Below, piece by piece: positions 45,235 through 55,441 of a stretch of 64,000 nucleotides of DNA; the first letter of the stretch is position 1, and every line of letters starts with the position of its first letter. The translations under genes and the position numbers were made by a program. Origin of the DNA: an uncultured Nitrospiraceae bacterium (GTDB lineage: Bacteria; Nitrospirota; Nitrospiria; Nitrospirales; Nitrospiraceae); assembly GCA_963706325.1 (NCBI GenBank), contig CAVPLT010000004.1, positions 1,024,001 to 1,088,000 of the forward strand. The letters run 5' to 3'. The notes below the pieces were generated by a model that was given only the letters and a program-made list of their open reading frames with translations, was not told the origin of the DNA and made no database searches.

Positions 45235-47073
45235 ATGATCAAGGTTGCGGACTTCATCATCAATACGCTGGCGGAACGGGGCATCGACAAGATGTTTGTG
45301 GTCTATGGCGCCGCCAATGGCGACTTGATCGACGCGTTCACCCGCACGGGCTCTACCGAATATGTCGCGGTGATGCATGAGCAGGCCGGAGGCTTCGCGG
45401 CAGAAGGGTATGCCAAGGTCAAAGGTCGGCCCGGAGTGGCGATCGCCACCAGCGGGCCCGGCGGAATGAATCTGCTGACCGCTATGGGAAACTGCTTTTA
45501 CGATTCTATTCCGTGCGTCTTTCTCACCGGTCAGATCAATTCGCGCTTCCTCCGACCAGATCCGTCCATCCGGCAAATTGGATTTCAAGAAACCGACATC
45601 GTGGCAATGGCGGCGCCAGTCACCAAGTATGCCAAGATGATTGTGAAGGCGGACGACGTCCGGTACGAGCTTGAGAAGGCCCTCTGGCTCAGTCAGCAAG
45701 GGAGGCCGGGGCCCGTATTGCTGGACATCCCTCTCGACATTCAAAAAACTCTCGTCGATGCCAAACAACTCATCGGGTTCGAACCACCGGCGGCCGCGAG
45801 TTTTGATCTGACGGTGGTGGATGACCAGATCGGGCGGTTCATCGCAGAACTTCAGAAGGCAGAACGGCCGGTCATTTTGGTCGGCGGTGGGGTGCGCTTG
45901 GCCGATGCGCAAGATGACGTGCGTGAACTGGGCCGTCGATTGAACGTCCCTTGTTTCCCTACCTGGAATGCGCTGGATGTCATCACCTCCGACTACGAAA
46001 ACTACGGCGGCCGCGTCGGCACCTATGGCGGAGCCGGACGCAATTTCGGCATTCAGAACAGCGACCTGTTGTTATCCATCGGCAGCCGTATTTCCGGTCG
46101 AATCACCGGAGGGAATGTGCAGAGTTTTGCGCGCCAAGCCAAGAAGTATCTGGTAGAGATCGATCCGGCCATGGTGCAGCGAAAATTTCAGCAGGTGCCC
46201 TTCGATGTCAACATTCTGTGCGATGCAAAAGTGTTTACACGGCGTCTGCTCGCCGCGCTCGATCGACGCAGCCGGCCTCTCCCTGATTACTCAGGTTGGA
46301 CGGCACAGGTCATGGAATGGAAGCGTCAGTATGACCCGGTTCGCGCGGAGTTCTTCGCCCAAGGCGAACGGGTGCATCCCTATGCGTTCATGCGGCGCTT
46401 ATCCGAAAAAATGGGCGCCACGGACATTCTGGTCGGTGATTGCGGGGGCAACATCGTCGTCAGCAACCACGCGTTCGAAACCAAGTACGGACAGCGAAAC
46501 CTGACCAACAACGGCAATTCGCCGATGGGTTTCTCCTTTGCCGGGGCCATGGGCGCGTGGTTTGCCGATCCTGCGCGTCAAGTCGTCTGCACCATCGGTG
46601 ACGGTGGATTCAATATGAATCCTCAGGAACTGCAGACTTTCGTCAACTATGGCGTCAAGGTAAAGACCTTCATCCTCAACAATCACATTTACGGCATTAC
46701 CAAGGCATACCAGGAGACGAATTTCCAAGGACGCGCGGAGGCGTGCGGGCCGAAAGGATACAACCCTCCTGACTTTTTGAAACTCGTCCAGGCGTACGGA
46801 ATCAAGACCGTGGCCCTCGGCAAACATGCCGAGATGGATGCCAAAATCGACGAGGTGCTTCAGTTCGACGGTCCGGTGGTTTGTGATGTGGACATGCACG
46901 AGTTTCACACCTATGAGCCGCGAATCTTCGGATGGAAGACTCCCATCGAAGATATGTACCCCTACCTGCCGCGTGAAGAGTTCCGAGCCAACATGGTGAT
47001 CGAACCGGCAGAGGGCTGGATGAGCCCGGAATATCCTGACGTCGTTCGCCGAAACGACCAGTCACAGCCGTAG
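45235..47073 (+). CDS. Thiamine-diphosphate enzyme of acetolactate-synthase fold (YerE-like)
   Basis: 'HEQAGGFAAEGY', 'TSGPG', ThDP motif 'GDGG...NN'; no ilvN partner; embedded among sugar genes. Confidence 0.85.
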   Translation: MIKVADFIINTLAERGIDKMFVVYGAANGDLIDAFTRTGSTEYVAVMHEQAGGFAAEGYAKVKGRPGVAIATSGPGGMNLLTAMGNCFYDSIPCVFLTGQINSRFLRPDPSIRQIGFQETDIVAMAAPVTKYAKMIVKADDVRYELEKALWLSQQGRPGPVLLDIPLDIQKTLVDAKQLIGFEPPAAASFDLTVVDDQIGRFIAELQKAERPVILVGGGVRLADAQDDVRELGRRLNVPCFPTWNALDVITSDYENYGGRVGTYGGAGRNFGIQNSDLLLSIGSRISGRITGGNVQSFARQAKKYLVEIDPAMVQRKFQQVPFDVNILCDAKVFTRRLLAALDRRSRPLPDYSGWTAQVMEWKRQYDPVRAEFFAQGERVHPYAFMRRLSEKMGATDILVGDCGGNIVVSNHAFETKYGQRNLTNNGNSPMGFSFAGAMGAWFADPARQVVCTIGDGGFNMNPQELQTFVNYGVKVKTFILNNHIYGITKAYQETNFQGRAEACGPKGYNPPDFLKLVQAYGIKTVALGKHAEMDAKIDEVLQFDGPVVCDVDMHEFHTYEPRIFGWKTPIEDMYPYLPREEFRANMVIEPAEGWMSPEYPDVVRRNDQSQP

Positions 47074-47083
47074 GGGGACCGTT

Positions 47084-50000
47084 ATGTCGCATGGTGATAC
47101 CGGTTCGAACGAAGTCACGCCGCTGGATGTCGAGTACTACCAGTTCTGCCGTGAACAGATGCGCCCGTATTTCGGTCGCGTGATGTGGGCGTCGCAAGGA
47201 CTCCCGCTTCGCCATGTGGTGATGCAGGAGCTGGTGCGTCTGGAGGCGGCGCGTCACGGGAAAAACCCATTTCATATTCTTGAAGTAGGGTCCTGGGCAG
47301 GGGGGTCGGCCGTGACTTGGGCGGAAGCCTTAGCTAGGCACCATCGGGCCAACGGTCGTGTCCTGTGTGTCGACCCATGGAAGCCTTACTTCGATGTGGC
47401 TAAACGGCCGGCGGCTGCAGTGTACCGGGAAATGTCGGAGGCCCTCGCGAAGGATACGATCTACGAATTATTTTTGCATAACATCGCCACCGCTGGTTAT
47501 GCAGGCCTAGTCCTGCCTCTCAGAGGGGCTGCCACAGTCATGTTGCCGGCCCTTCCGCGAAATTATTTTGATCTCGTATTCGTCGATGGCGATCATTCCT
47601 ACGCGGCCGTGTTGGCTGATATCACGGCGGCCGCAGGGCTGATCAAGGATGGGGGAGTGTTGTGCGGCGATGATCTCGAGCGCCAACGCTTCGAGATCGA
47701 TGAGGCCTATGCACGCACACAGATTGAGTCGGATTACATTCGGGATCCGCGCTCAGGCCATGAATACCATCCTGGCGTGACATTGGCTGTCGGTGAATTG
47801 TTTGGTGAGGTCGCCCATGTGGCTGGATGCTGGGCTGTCCGCAAGCGTGGTACGGGATGGGAGAGATTCGACATGTCGAATGTGGCCTGTTCGCCAGATC
47901 ACATTCCCCATCACCTCACCCGCCGAGACCCGGCAGCAGATCGTGAATTTCAAGGATGGCGCGAGCGACGATACCGGCCGACGAGTCACGTTGTGGCCAG
48001 GGAACCGGAAGACCATGCGCTGACCCGGCCAGTCTCGACGGGCAGGACGGTACCTGCAGCAAGCGCCAAGCCGCGCGCCTTGTTGATTCAGTTAGAGTTC
48101 GAAACCTGGGCTACCGCACGTCCATGGACGTACAGCGCGGCCTTCGGCGTACAGGAAGGCTTGTTAGCCAACGGAGTCGAGTGTGTGACCGTTCCAGCCA
48201 TCGCCGAGAATCCCTGCGCAAGTCCGACATCCTGGGTCTACCATGCCAAGCAAGCCCTAGCGGGTCAGCACTTCGACCAAGTATGGTTGTGGCTGATCCA
48301 CACTCCGCTTGATCAGGCCATTCTTGAATGGGTCGCGGAACTCGCGCCCGTGCGAGTCGGGGTGCTGATGGAGTCTCTCCGGTACGATGCGGAAGACTAT
48401 GCCTGGGCGCCGCAGTTGAAACATCGGCAAGGACAACTCGAAGCGCAACTGCCTTATCTGACTCACGTGCTGGCTCCCGATGAGCAAGACGCGGCCGAAC
48501 TCAACAGGCACGGATCAGCCAATGCGCTCTGGTGGCCGCCGATGGTGCCGGAACGATTCATTATCCATCCCTCCGGCAGCCCTACGCAATCACAAGCCGT
48601 CTTCCACGGCACGCCCTATGGACGCCGTCGGGATTGGGTGAGCCACTCACATCTCACAGGCCGACTCCATTGCGTTAAAGCGGCGCAGCCTCAGACCAAG
48701 AACCAGCGCTTGTTCGATCAGCTGCAACAGACGGCCGCTCAGTACCTTCGTGAAGGCCACGCGGTGACCGAGGCCGCCATCCATGAATACGTTCAGGCGC
48801 TGCAACAGATCCGACTCGCCGAGTTCACTGAATGGATGGCGCACCTTCTGCAGTGGCCGGCTATTGTAAACTTACCGAGCTTGGCCAAGTTTTATGGCGG
48901 CCGTGTCATCGAGGCCATGGCGGCGGGACGGCCCGTGATTTCCTGGAGTATTCCCGATCATCCGAAGAACCTGAGCTTGTTTGAGCCGGAGAGAGAAATT
49001 CTGTTGTTCCAACAGGACGACCCGGGCGGACTTGCTCAGCATATTGATCGCATCCTGCATGATCGTCCGTTTGCCAACGCGCTGGCGCAACAAGCACAGA
49101 ACAAGATCAGGCTGTATCACACGGCCGAACGTCGACTGCAGGGCACGCTGGAGTGGATTCGAACCGGACAATTACCAGACTACGGGCAGTCGACCCACGG
49201 CGATCAACGAACATTCGAGACAGCTACGTCTAGACTGGCACAGCACCCCTCAACGAGTGACGCTATAAACCGCCGGAATGTTCGAACGCCCCAGTCATCA
49301 TTACGCGAGACGACTATGGATCAGAACGCATTTTATGTGGATCTGTTTGTCAATAAACCCGCTTGGTCAACGCCCGACCCGAATCCCGACGAGGCGGCCC
49401 GCTGGTCAAAGATCGCCTCATTTCTTGAATGTATCTTGCGGGAGGCACGGCAAAACAATCCCGAGCGAACCCTCCGGATTCTTGATGTGGGATGTGGGCG
49501 TGGATGGCTGACGAATCTTGCGACGGCCTATGGCGCATGCGAAGGAATTGAGCCGGTCGCGGGGGTGATCGAGCATGCGCGACGCATGTTTCCCCATCTC
49601 CGGTTTGAAGCTGGCACGCCCGAAACCCTATTGGCGCGATCAGACTTCAAGCCGTTCGACATCGTCCTCTGTTCGGAAGTTATTGAACATGTCCCGCACG
49701 CAAACAAACCGGTATTCGTGCAACAACTCGCGCAACTTCTCACTTCTGATGGGTATCTCGTACTGACGACACCGAGGGGAGACGTGTGGAATGAGTGGCA
49801 GAAGATCGCTCCGCCGAATCAGCCCGTGGAAGATTGGGTGACAGAGCAACAGCTCGGTCAGTTGTTAAGCGACGGGGGATTTCGTCATTTGGGCCTGGAA
49901 CGAATCCCGATCGAGGTCCCGTCATTGCGGTATTTTCCAGCCGCCACGCCCCACGATGTTCGAAGCGTGAAGCTCCTGCCGATCTATCAAGTATGGGCCT

Positions 50001-52444
50001 GTCGCCGCACGACGACTGCTGTCTCGCCATCGATTGCCTATACCAAGCCTCCGATGGTCTCGGTCATTGTGCCGACGTATAACCGGCCTGAACGGTTGCG
50101 TGCCGCGCTCGACAGCGTGAATCGACAACAATATCGGGATTTTGAAGTAATCGTGGTCAATGACGGCACCATTCCGGTCGAATCCGTCGTATCGGACGTG
50201 AACCAGGCCGGGCGCATCACCCTGGTGAACCACGATCGCAATCGGGGGCTGGCCGCGTCACGTAATACCGGCCTTCGTCTCGCCAAAGGCGTCTATATTG
50301 CCTATCTCGATGACGACGACCGATTTCTGCCCGATCACCTCGGCACCCTCGTCGCTTGTCTCGAACGCGGCGAGCACCACGTCGCCTACTCGGATGCCTG
50401 GCGTGTGATCGAGCATCAAGTAAACGGAATCATCGCCGAAGCGGGTCGCGATCGGCCCCATTCCTCTGACTTCTCCGCCTCTCGATTGCTCGTTGAAAAC
50501 TATATCCCGGTTCTGTGCTTGATGCATCGCCGGTCTTGTCTGGATGACGTCGGGTTGTTCGACGAATGCCTGTTCGTGCATGAAGATTGGGACCTCTGGA
50601 TCAGACTCGCTACACTATATGCCTTCGCACATATCCCCCGTACGACCGCAGAATTCACCTGGCGGAGCGATGGATCATCCATGTCCAGTCGCGATCAGGA
50701 TGCCTTCACGCGAACCATGGATATCATTTATCGAAAATACTTTTCTTATACGGCGGGGCATCCGAACATCCTGGCAGCTCAGCGAGAGCGTTTGAAGGGA
50801 ATGAAGGCACGCGTCAGCCCCACCCCGTACCACTGCTCTATCATTATCCCTGTGTGGAACAATATCGCTCTTACGCAGCAATGTCTGATGGCGCTCGCGG
50901 ATGTCACCGAGGGCGCGACGTTCGAAGTGGTCGTGGTCGACAACGGGTCCACCGATGGCGTGCAGGATTTTCTGCAGACGCTCGGCGGAGATGTGCAAGT
51001 CATTCGCAATCAAGACAATCTTGGATTTGCCAAAGCCTGTAACCAGGGCGCGCGGGCGGCGCGAGGGGAGTACCTGGTTTTTCTGAATAACGACACGATT
51101 CCCTTGAACGGATGGCTGACGGCACTGATCGAGGAAGTCCGCACCCATTCAGATGTGGCGGTCGTCGGCAGCAAACTGCTGTACGAAGACGGCACCATTC
51201 AACATGCGGGTGTCGCCTTCTCTCGTGAGTGGTTCCTGCCCTATCACATCTACCGCGGTTTCGATGCCCATGCCGCCAGCGTGTCCCGTCGCCGAGAACT
51301 GGATTGTGTGACCGCGGCCTGCATGCTCGTGCGTCGAGAGGCCTTCGAGGAAGTAGGCGGATTCGATGAAGGGTACCGAAATGGGTTTGAGGATGTCGAT
51401 CTGTGTCTCAAGATTCGGGAGAAAAACCGGAAGATCATCTATCAGCCCCAGAGCGTGCTCTATCATTTGGAGAGCCGCACGCCGGGACGAAAGGCCCATG
51501 ACCTTGACAACAGCCGACGCCTTCACGAACGCTGGGCAGCGTCTTGGTGGCTCGCCGACGAAGATCGTATCCACTTCGAGGATGGGTATGCCCTGCACAC
51601 CTATGTGGATGACGGAAAACTCGGCTATCGCCTCCGCCTCATCGACGATCCTACAACACGAGCGGAACGAGGCCTCGTAGCAGAGGTACAATCTGGCGCC
51701 CATCGGCGGGATCTAGAGAAGGTCGTCGAACTCCTGACACGCGTCGATGAGTGGCCGGCGGATGTGTGGATCCTTCGCTGGGCGGCTCTCCTCTGTCTGG
51801 GGGTCATGCATCCGCGGCTAGCCATTCCGTTCTGGCGACGCGTGCTGATGTTAGAGGAGGATGCGCAAGGCCGCATCGCGCTCGCCAAACATGCGCTCGA
51901 ATCAGAATCCCTCGACGAGGCGGACGTGCATCTGGCCGCCCTGCTGAGGAATGAGCCCTCGCATGGAGAAGGCTGGTTACTGCGCGGGATCGTCGCCATG
52001 CAACAGAATACATACGCAGAGGCGGAAAGCGCCTTTGAACGAGCCAAGCTGTCCGGCGCGGATCCACGCAAGGCATCGCTAGGAATGGTCATGGCCGCGA
52101 TGGGCGCCAACCGATCAGAAAAGGCCTGGGACCTAATACTTCCGCTCTCCGCAGACCACCCGGACGATGAAGAATGCATGCACTGGCTCCTGCGTTGTGG
52201 AACGGCCCTCGAACGGTGGGATGCTGTGAGCTCGCGGCTCACAACCTTTCTCATTCGCAATCCCGGCAATATGGCCTTGCGGTTTGCGCTTGCCGGTGTG
52301 TTGCTCAGATCCGGCAGGCGGACAGAGGCTCGGCGGGAATGTGACATGCTCAGCGCCCTGGATCCTACCTTTGATGGGTTGAGTGAGCTCACGAGAATGC
52401 TGGCCGAACCACCGCCAAAGTTGGTTCCACATCATGCTGCCTGA
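47084..52444 (+). CDS. 1786-aa multidomain protein: SAM methyltransferase + GT-B-like + SAM methyltransferase + GT2 + GT2 + TPR
   Basis: 'LEVGSWAGGS..FVDGDHSY'; 'RVIEAMAAGRPVI'; 'LDVGCGRG..SEVIEHV'; 'SVIVPTYNR..YLDDDD'; 'SIIIPVWN..FLNND'; C-terminal TPR-like helices. Confidence 0.85.
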   Translation: MSHGDTGSNEVTPLDVEYYQFCREQMRPYFGRVMWASQGLPLRHVVMQELVRLEAARHGKNPFHILEVGSWAGGSAVTWAEALARHHRANGRVLCVDPWKPYFDVAKRPAAAVYREMSEALAKDTIYELFLHNIATAGYAGLVLPLRGAATVMLPALPRNYFDLVFVDGDHSYAAVLADITAAAGLIKDGGVLCGDDLERQRFEIDEAYARTQIESDYIRDPRSGHEYHPGVTLAVGELFGEVAHVAGCWAVRKRGTGWERFDMSNVACSPDHIPHHLTRRDPAADREFQGWRERRYRPTSHVVAREPEDHALTRPVSTGRTVPAASAKPRALLIQLEFETWATARPWTYSAAFGVQEGLLANGVECVTVPAIAENPCASPTSWVYHAKQALAGQHFDQVWLWLIHTPLDQAILEWVAELAPVRVGVLMESLRYDAEDYAWAPQLKHRQGQLEAQLPYLTHVLAPDEQDAAELNRHGSANALWWPPMVPERFIIHPSGSPTQSQAVFHGTPYGRRRDWVSHSHLTGRLHCVKAAQPQTKNQRLFDQLQQTAAQYLREGHAVTEAAIHEYVQALQQIRLAEFTEWMAHLLQWPAIVNLPSLAKFYGGRVIEAMAAGRPVISWSIPDHPKNLSLFEPEREILLFQQDDPGGLAQHIDRILHDRPFANALAQQAQNKIRLYHTAERRLQGTLEWIRTGQLPDYGQSTHGDQRTFETATSRLAQHPSTSDAINRRNVRTPQSSLRETTMDQNAFYVDLFVNKPAWSTPDPNPDEAARWSKIASFLECILREARQNNPERTLRILDVGCGRGWLTNLATAYGACEGIEPVAGVIEHARRMFPHLRFEAGTPETLLARSDFKPFDIVLCSEVIEHVPHANKPVFVQQLAQLLTSDGYLVLTTPRGDVWNEWQKIAPPNQPVEDWVTEQQLGQLLSDGGFRHLGLERIPIEVPSLRYFPAATPHDVRSVKLLPIYQVWACRRTTTAVSPSIAYTKPPMVSVIVPTYNRPERLRAALDSVNRQQYRDFEVIVVNDGTIPVESVVSDVNQAGRITLVNHDRNRGLAASRNTGLRLAKGVYIAYLDDDDRFLPDHLGTLVACLERGEHHVAYSDAWRVIEHQVNGIIAEAGRDRPHSSDFSASRLLVENYIPVLCLMHRRSCLDDVGLFDECLFVHEDWDLWIRLATLYAFAHIPRTTAEFTWRSDGSSMSSRDQDAFTRTMDIIYRKYFSYTAGHPNILAAQRERLKGMKARVSPTPYHCSIIIPVWNNIALTQQCLMALADVTEGATFEVVVVDNGSTDGVQDFLQTLGGDVQVIRNQDNLGFAKACNQGARAARGEYLVFLNNDTIPLNGWLTALIEEVRTHSDVAVVGSKLLYEDGTIQHAGVAFSREWFLPYHIYRGFDAHAASVSRRRELDCVTAACMLVRREAFEEVGGFDEGYRNGFEDVDLCLKIREKNRKIIYQPQSVLYHLESRTPGRKAHDLDNSRRLHERWAASWWLADEDRIHFEDGYALHTYVDDGKLGYRLRLIDDPTTRAERGLVAEVQSGAHRRDLEKVVELLTRVDEWPADVWILRWAALLCLGVMHPRLAIPFWRRVLMLEEDAQGRIALAKHALESESLDEADVHLAALLRNEPSHGEGWLLRGIVAMQQNTYAEAESAFERAKLSGADPRKASLGMVMAAMGANRSEKAWDLILPLSADHPDDEECMHWLLRCGTALERWDAVSSRLTTFLIRNPGNMALRFALAGVLLRSGRRTEARRECDMLSALDPTFDGLSELTRMLAEPPPKLVPHHAA

Positions 52445-53627
52445 ACCAGCAGCTGAGAGCCGAGCCCTGGTGATTCAACAGGCACGGTTGGGAGATCTCG
52501 TGCAATCGCTTCCTGCGATTGAGGCCGTGCGAGCATGTTATGCCGATCGTCCAGTGGATCTTCTATGCCCGACCCCCTTGGGACCTGTCCTCGCGAGGTC
52601 CCAAGCCATTCGCCGAATCATACCCTGGGACGGTGGTCAGTGGCGGGTATGGGTCGATCAATGGACGCAGGATCCGGCAGCGACCTTGCGCACAATTCAG
52701 AACTTCATCGCCTCGCTTGGGGACATCGAATATGACCGCGTCTACAATTTGAATCAGCACGCACGAGGCATTTTGATGGCGCATTTGTTTACGAGCCACT
52801 CCGTGGAAGCCAGCCAAAGGACGCAAACGAATTCAGGCGTGAACCCATGGACGCTGTATCTCCGACAGGTGGCCAAGGAGCGTGGAAAAAATCGCGTACA
52901 TCTGGCGGATGCGTGGTGCGGCCTGTGCGGGGTGAAACCGCGTGGCCGTGCGCCTATCTTGGATCTCGAAGGGGCCGCGCTTCCTGAGGATCTCACCCAA
53001 ATCGGCCAACAGAAAGGACTGTGGGTTGCTGTTGTAACCGGGGCAGGGGATTCGGCACGTTGTATTTCGCCCGTTGTGTGGGCTCATTGGATTCGGGAGT
53101 TCCTGACGCAGGTGGATGATGGGCAGGTGGTCTTGATCGGAAGCGGGCAGGAGCGTGAGGCCGGGCAGGCAATTTTGGAAATGAGTCCAACTTTATTGCA
53201 GGGACGCGTATGGGACACGACCGGTCGTACGACGCTCCCTCAGCTCATGACCTTGCTAACCAAGTGCCGTTGGACGGTTGGGGCGGACACTGGACCACTG
53301 CATTTGGCCACCGCTCTCGGTAGCCGTGCGTTGGGACTCTACTTCGCGCGCGCCCGGGTCCACGAAACCGGTCCCTATGGGGAAGGCCATTGGGTCTATC
53401 AATATTCAACCCAGGAGCAGCCAGACAATTGGCCCATCGAGGAGAGTATTGAATTGATATGTGATGGGCGCCTTCGCCCGGCCCCTGGATGGTCCCTTTG
53501 GAGGAGTCACTTGGATCAATGGGGTGTCTGCTTCGAGGACGGCTCCGCACCACACGAGGCTGATCTACAACGAGCCACTGTCTGGCAATCACTTTCTCCC
53601 ACTTTGTATGAATCGGCGGCCGCATGA
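52434..53627 (+). CDS. Glycosyltransferase family 9 (heptosyltransferase-like)
   Basis: 'ARLGDLVQSLP', 'GRTTLPQL', 'ADTGPLHLA', 'ETGPYG'. Confidence 0.88.
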   Translation: MLPEPAAESRALVIQQARLGDLVQSLPAIEAVRACYADRPVDLLCPTPLGPVLARSQAIRRIIPWDGGQWRVWVDQWTQDPAATLRTIQNFIASLGDIEYDRVYNLNQHARGILMAHLFTSHSVEASQRTQTNSGVNPWTLYLRQVAKERGKNRVHLADAWCGLCGVKPRGRAPILDLEGAALPEDLTQIGQQKGLWVAVVTGAGDSARCISPVVWAHWIREFLTQVDDGQVVLIGSGQEREAGQAILEMSPTLLQGRVWDTTGRTTLPQLMTLLTKCRWTVGADTGPLHLATALGSRALGLYFARARVHETGPYGEGHWVYQYSTQEQPDNWPIEESIELICDGRLRPAPGWSLWRSHLDQWGVCFEDGSAPHEADLQRATVWQSLSPTLYESAAA

Positions 53628-55441
53628 ACATATTCAACGAGAACATCACCAGGTTGTCCAGTCGGTATCCGGAGCTGGCAGCCGTCACAAGATCCGCTGC
53701 CGGAGGAGCTCTTACAATCGAACCATCTCGCAAGGGCACCCCCTCGGCGCAGCGATCCGGTCGATGGATTCATAGCGCCTATGATCCCGTTCGTGAAGCG
53801 GACACCTGGGCGAACACCCACGCGCCGCTTTGCCAACCCGGAGAGACAATCGTCATCGCCGGAGTCGGACTGCTCTACCATGTGGAGGCGCTTCGCAATC
53901 GTCTTTCACCGGATTGCTCCATTGCAGTGCTGATTCCCAATATCCAAGAATTCCACGACAGTCTATCGACTCGCGCACTAGGCCTTTGGAGCGAACGCAT
54001 TACCTGGCTTTTCGGAACGCCTTTGGAGAGCGCACAGAAGCTCGCAGCAACCGGTCGGCCTTTGCGCTGTCTCTCCTATACACCGGCCGCTCACCCGGAT
54101 GCCGACTTCCACCAGGCGTTTCAGCAGGTCCTGCGTCGCCATATCGCGAGCCACACCGGAGGCCAACTGACTATTACATTGGTGGGGCCGATTTATGGCG
54201 GGTCGCTGCCGATCGCTCATTATGTGAAGCGCGCGCTTGAAACCCTTGGCCATAAGGTGCAGTGGATCGATCATAGCCTTCATGCAGCGAGCTACGAAGC
54301 TATGGGCAGGCTGAAAGACGCGCGCAATCGGCAGCTGATGCAAAGCCGCATGGCCGAAGTGTTGAGCCAATGGACCTTGGCTTCGCTGGCTGAATCCCCT
54401 CCAGACCTCGTGTTGTCGCTGGCCCAGGCTCCCCTGACATTGCCGGTCTTGGAGCACTTGCGCAAAAAGAATTTTCTGACGGCGATGTGGTTTGTGGAAA
54501 ACTATCGTCATCTCACCTATTGGCAACAGATGGCGCCGGGGTATGACTACTGGTTTGTCTTTCAGCAGGGCCAATGCCCTGGTGCCTTCCGGCAGGCAGG
54601 CGCGAAAAATGTGAGCTATTTGCCGATGGCCGCAGACCCGGCCATCCATCACCCAATGACTCTGTCGGATAAAGACCGACGTGACTATGGGGCGGACGTG
54701 TCATTCGTCGGCGCCGGATACGCCAATCGCCGGCAACTGTTCCCCGCACTCCTCCGGCAACCCTGGTCATTCAAACTCTGGGGGAATGAATGGGAGGGCG
54801 CCGATGATCTTCAATCCGTACTGCAATTGAACGGCACCCGGATCGATACCCTCACGTGCATGAAGGTCTTCAATGCCACAGCCATCAATCTCAATCTGCA
54901 TTCCACCACCGGAGTTGGGCTGGATCCACAGGCGGATTTCGTCAATCCACGCACCTTCGAATTAGCCTCCTGTGGGGCCTTTCAATTGGTCGACCACCGC
55001 TCATTGCTCCAGGAATTTTTCACTGCTCAGGAGATGGTCTCGTTTCGAACCTTTAATGAGGTTCCAGGACTGGTAGGACAATGGTTAGGAGATTCTGCAG
55101 CTCGACAAGCCATGTCAGCTGCCGCTCAGGCACGCGTCTTAGGCGCGCATACCTACGCGCATCGAATGAAGGATCTGCTCTCGCACATCGGTGTCTCCCA
55201 GCCGGATCGAGTCGGCGCTGTCTTGCGAGGCGATCGGCAGCAAGAGGCGTTGCTCACACGTTGCGCGAATGATCCTCCGCTGGAAGCACTCCTCAAGGAA
55301 TGTCCGGCAGGCCAGCGGATCGAACTGAAAGATCTGGCGGCGCGAGTCCGGGCCAAGGGACCTTCGTCGACTCTTAAGCGAGATGAACTCATGGTGCTGA
55401 TGCTGGATGAATATCGGAGTGAGACCCGAGATTTGGTATGA
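53624..55441 (+). CDS. CgeB-type glycosyltransferase with Maf-like N-terminus
   Basis: N-terminal 'HSAYDPVREA...AGVGLLYH'; C-terminal 'YLPMAAD', 'SFVGAGY', 'INLNLH', 'NPRTFELASCGAFQL', 'HTYAHRM'. Confidence 0.78.
   Translation: MNIFNENITRLSSRYPELAAVTRSAAGGALTIEPSRKGTPSAQRSGRWIHSAYDPVREADTWANTHAPLCQPGETIVIAGVGLLYHVEALRNRLSPDCSIAVLIPNIQEFHDSLSTRALGLWSERITWLFGTPLESAQKLAATGRPLRCLSYTPAAHPDADFHQAFQQVLRRHIASHTGGQLTITLVGPIYGGSLPIAHYVKRALETLGHKVQWIDHSLHAASYEAMGRLKDARNRQLMQSRMAEVLSQWTLASLAESPPDLVLSLAQAPLTLPVLEHLRKKNFLTAMWFVENYRHLTYWQQMAPGYDYWFVFQQGQCPGAFRQAGAKNVSYLPMAADPAIHHPMTLSDKDRRDYGADVSFVGAGYANRRQLFPALLRQPWSFKLWGNEWEGADDLQSVLQLNGTRIDTLTCMKVFNATAINLNLHSTTGVGLDPQADFVNPRTFELASCGAFQLVDHRSLLQEFFTAQEMVSFRTFNEVPGLVGQWLGDSAARQAMSAAAQARVLGAHTYAHRMKDLLSHIGVSQPDRVGAVLRGDRQQEALLTRCANDPPLEALLKECPAGQRIELKDLAARVRAKGPSSTLKRDELMVLMLDEYRSETRDLV

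Noticed and set aside
45235..47073. Housekeeping acetolactate synthase (ilvB)
   Set aside because: No ilvN/ilvC neighbours; the sugar-nucleotide context favours a YerE-like role.
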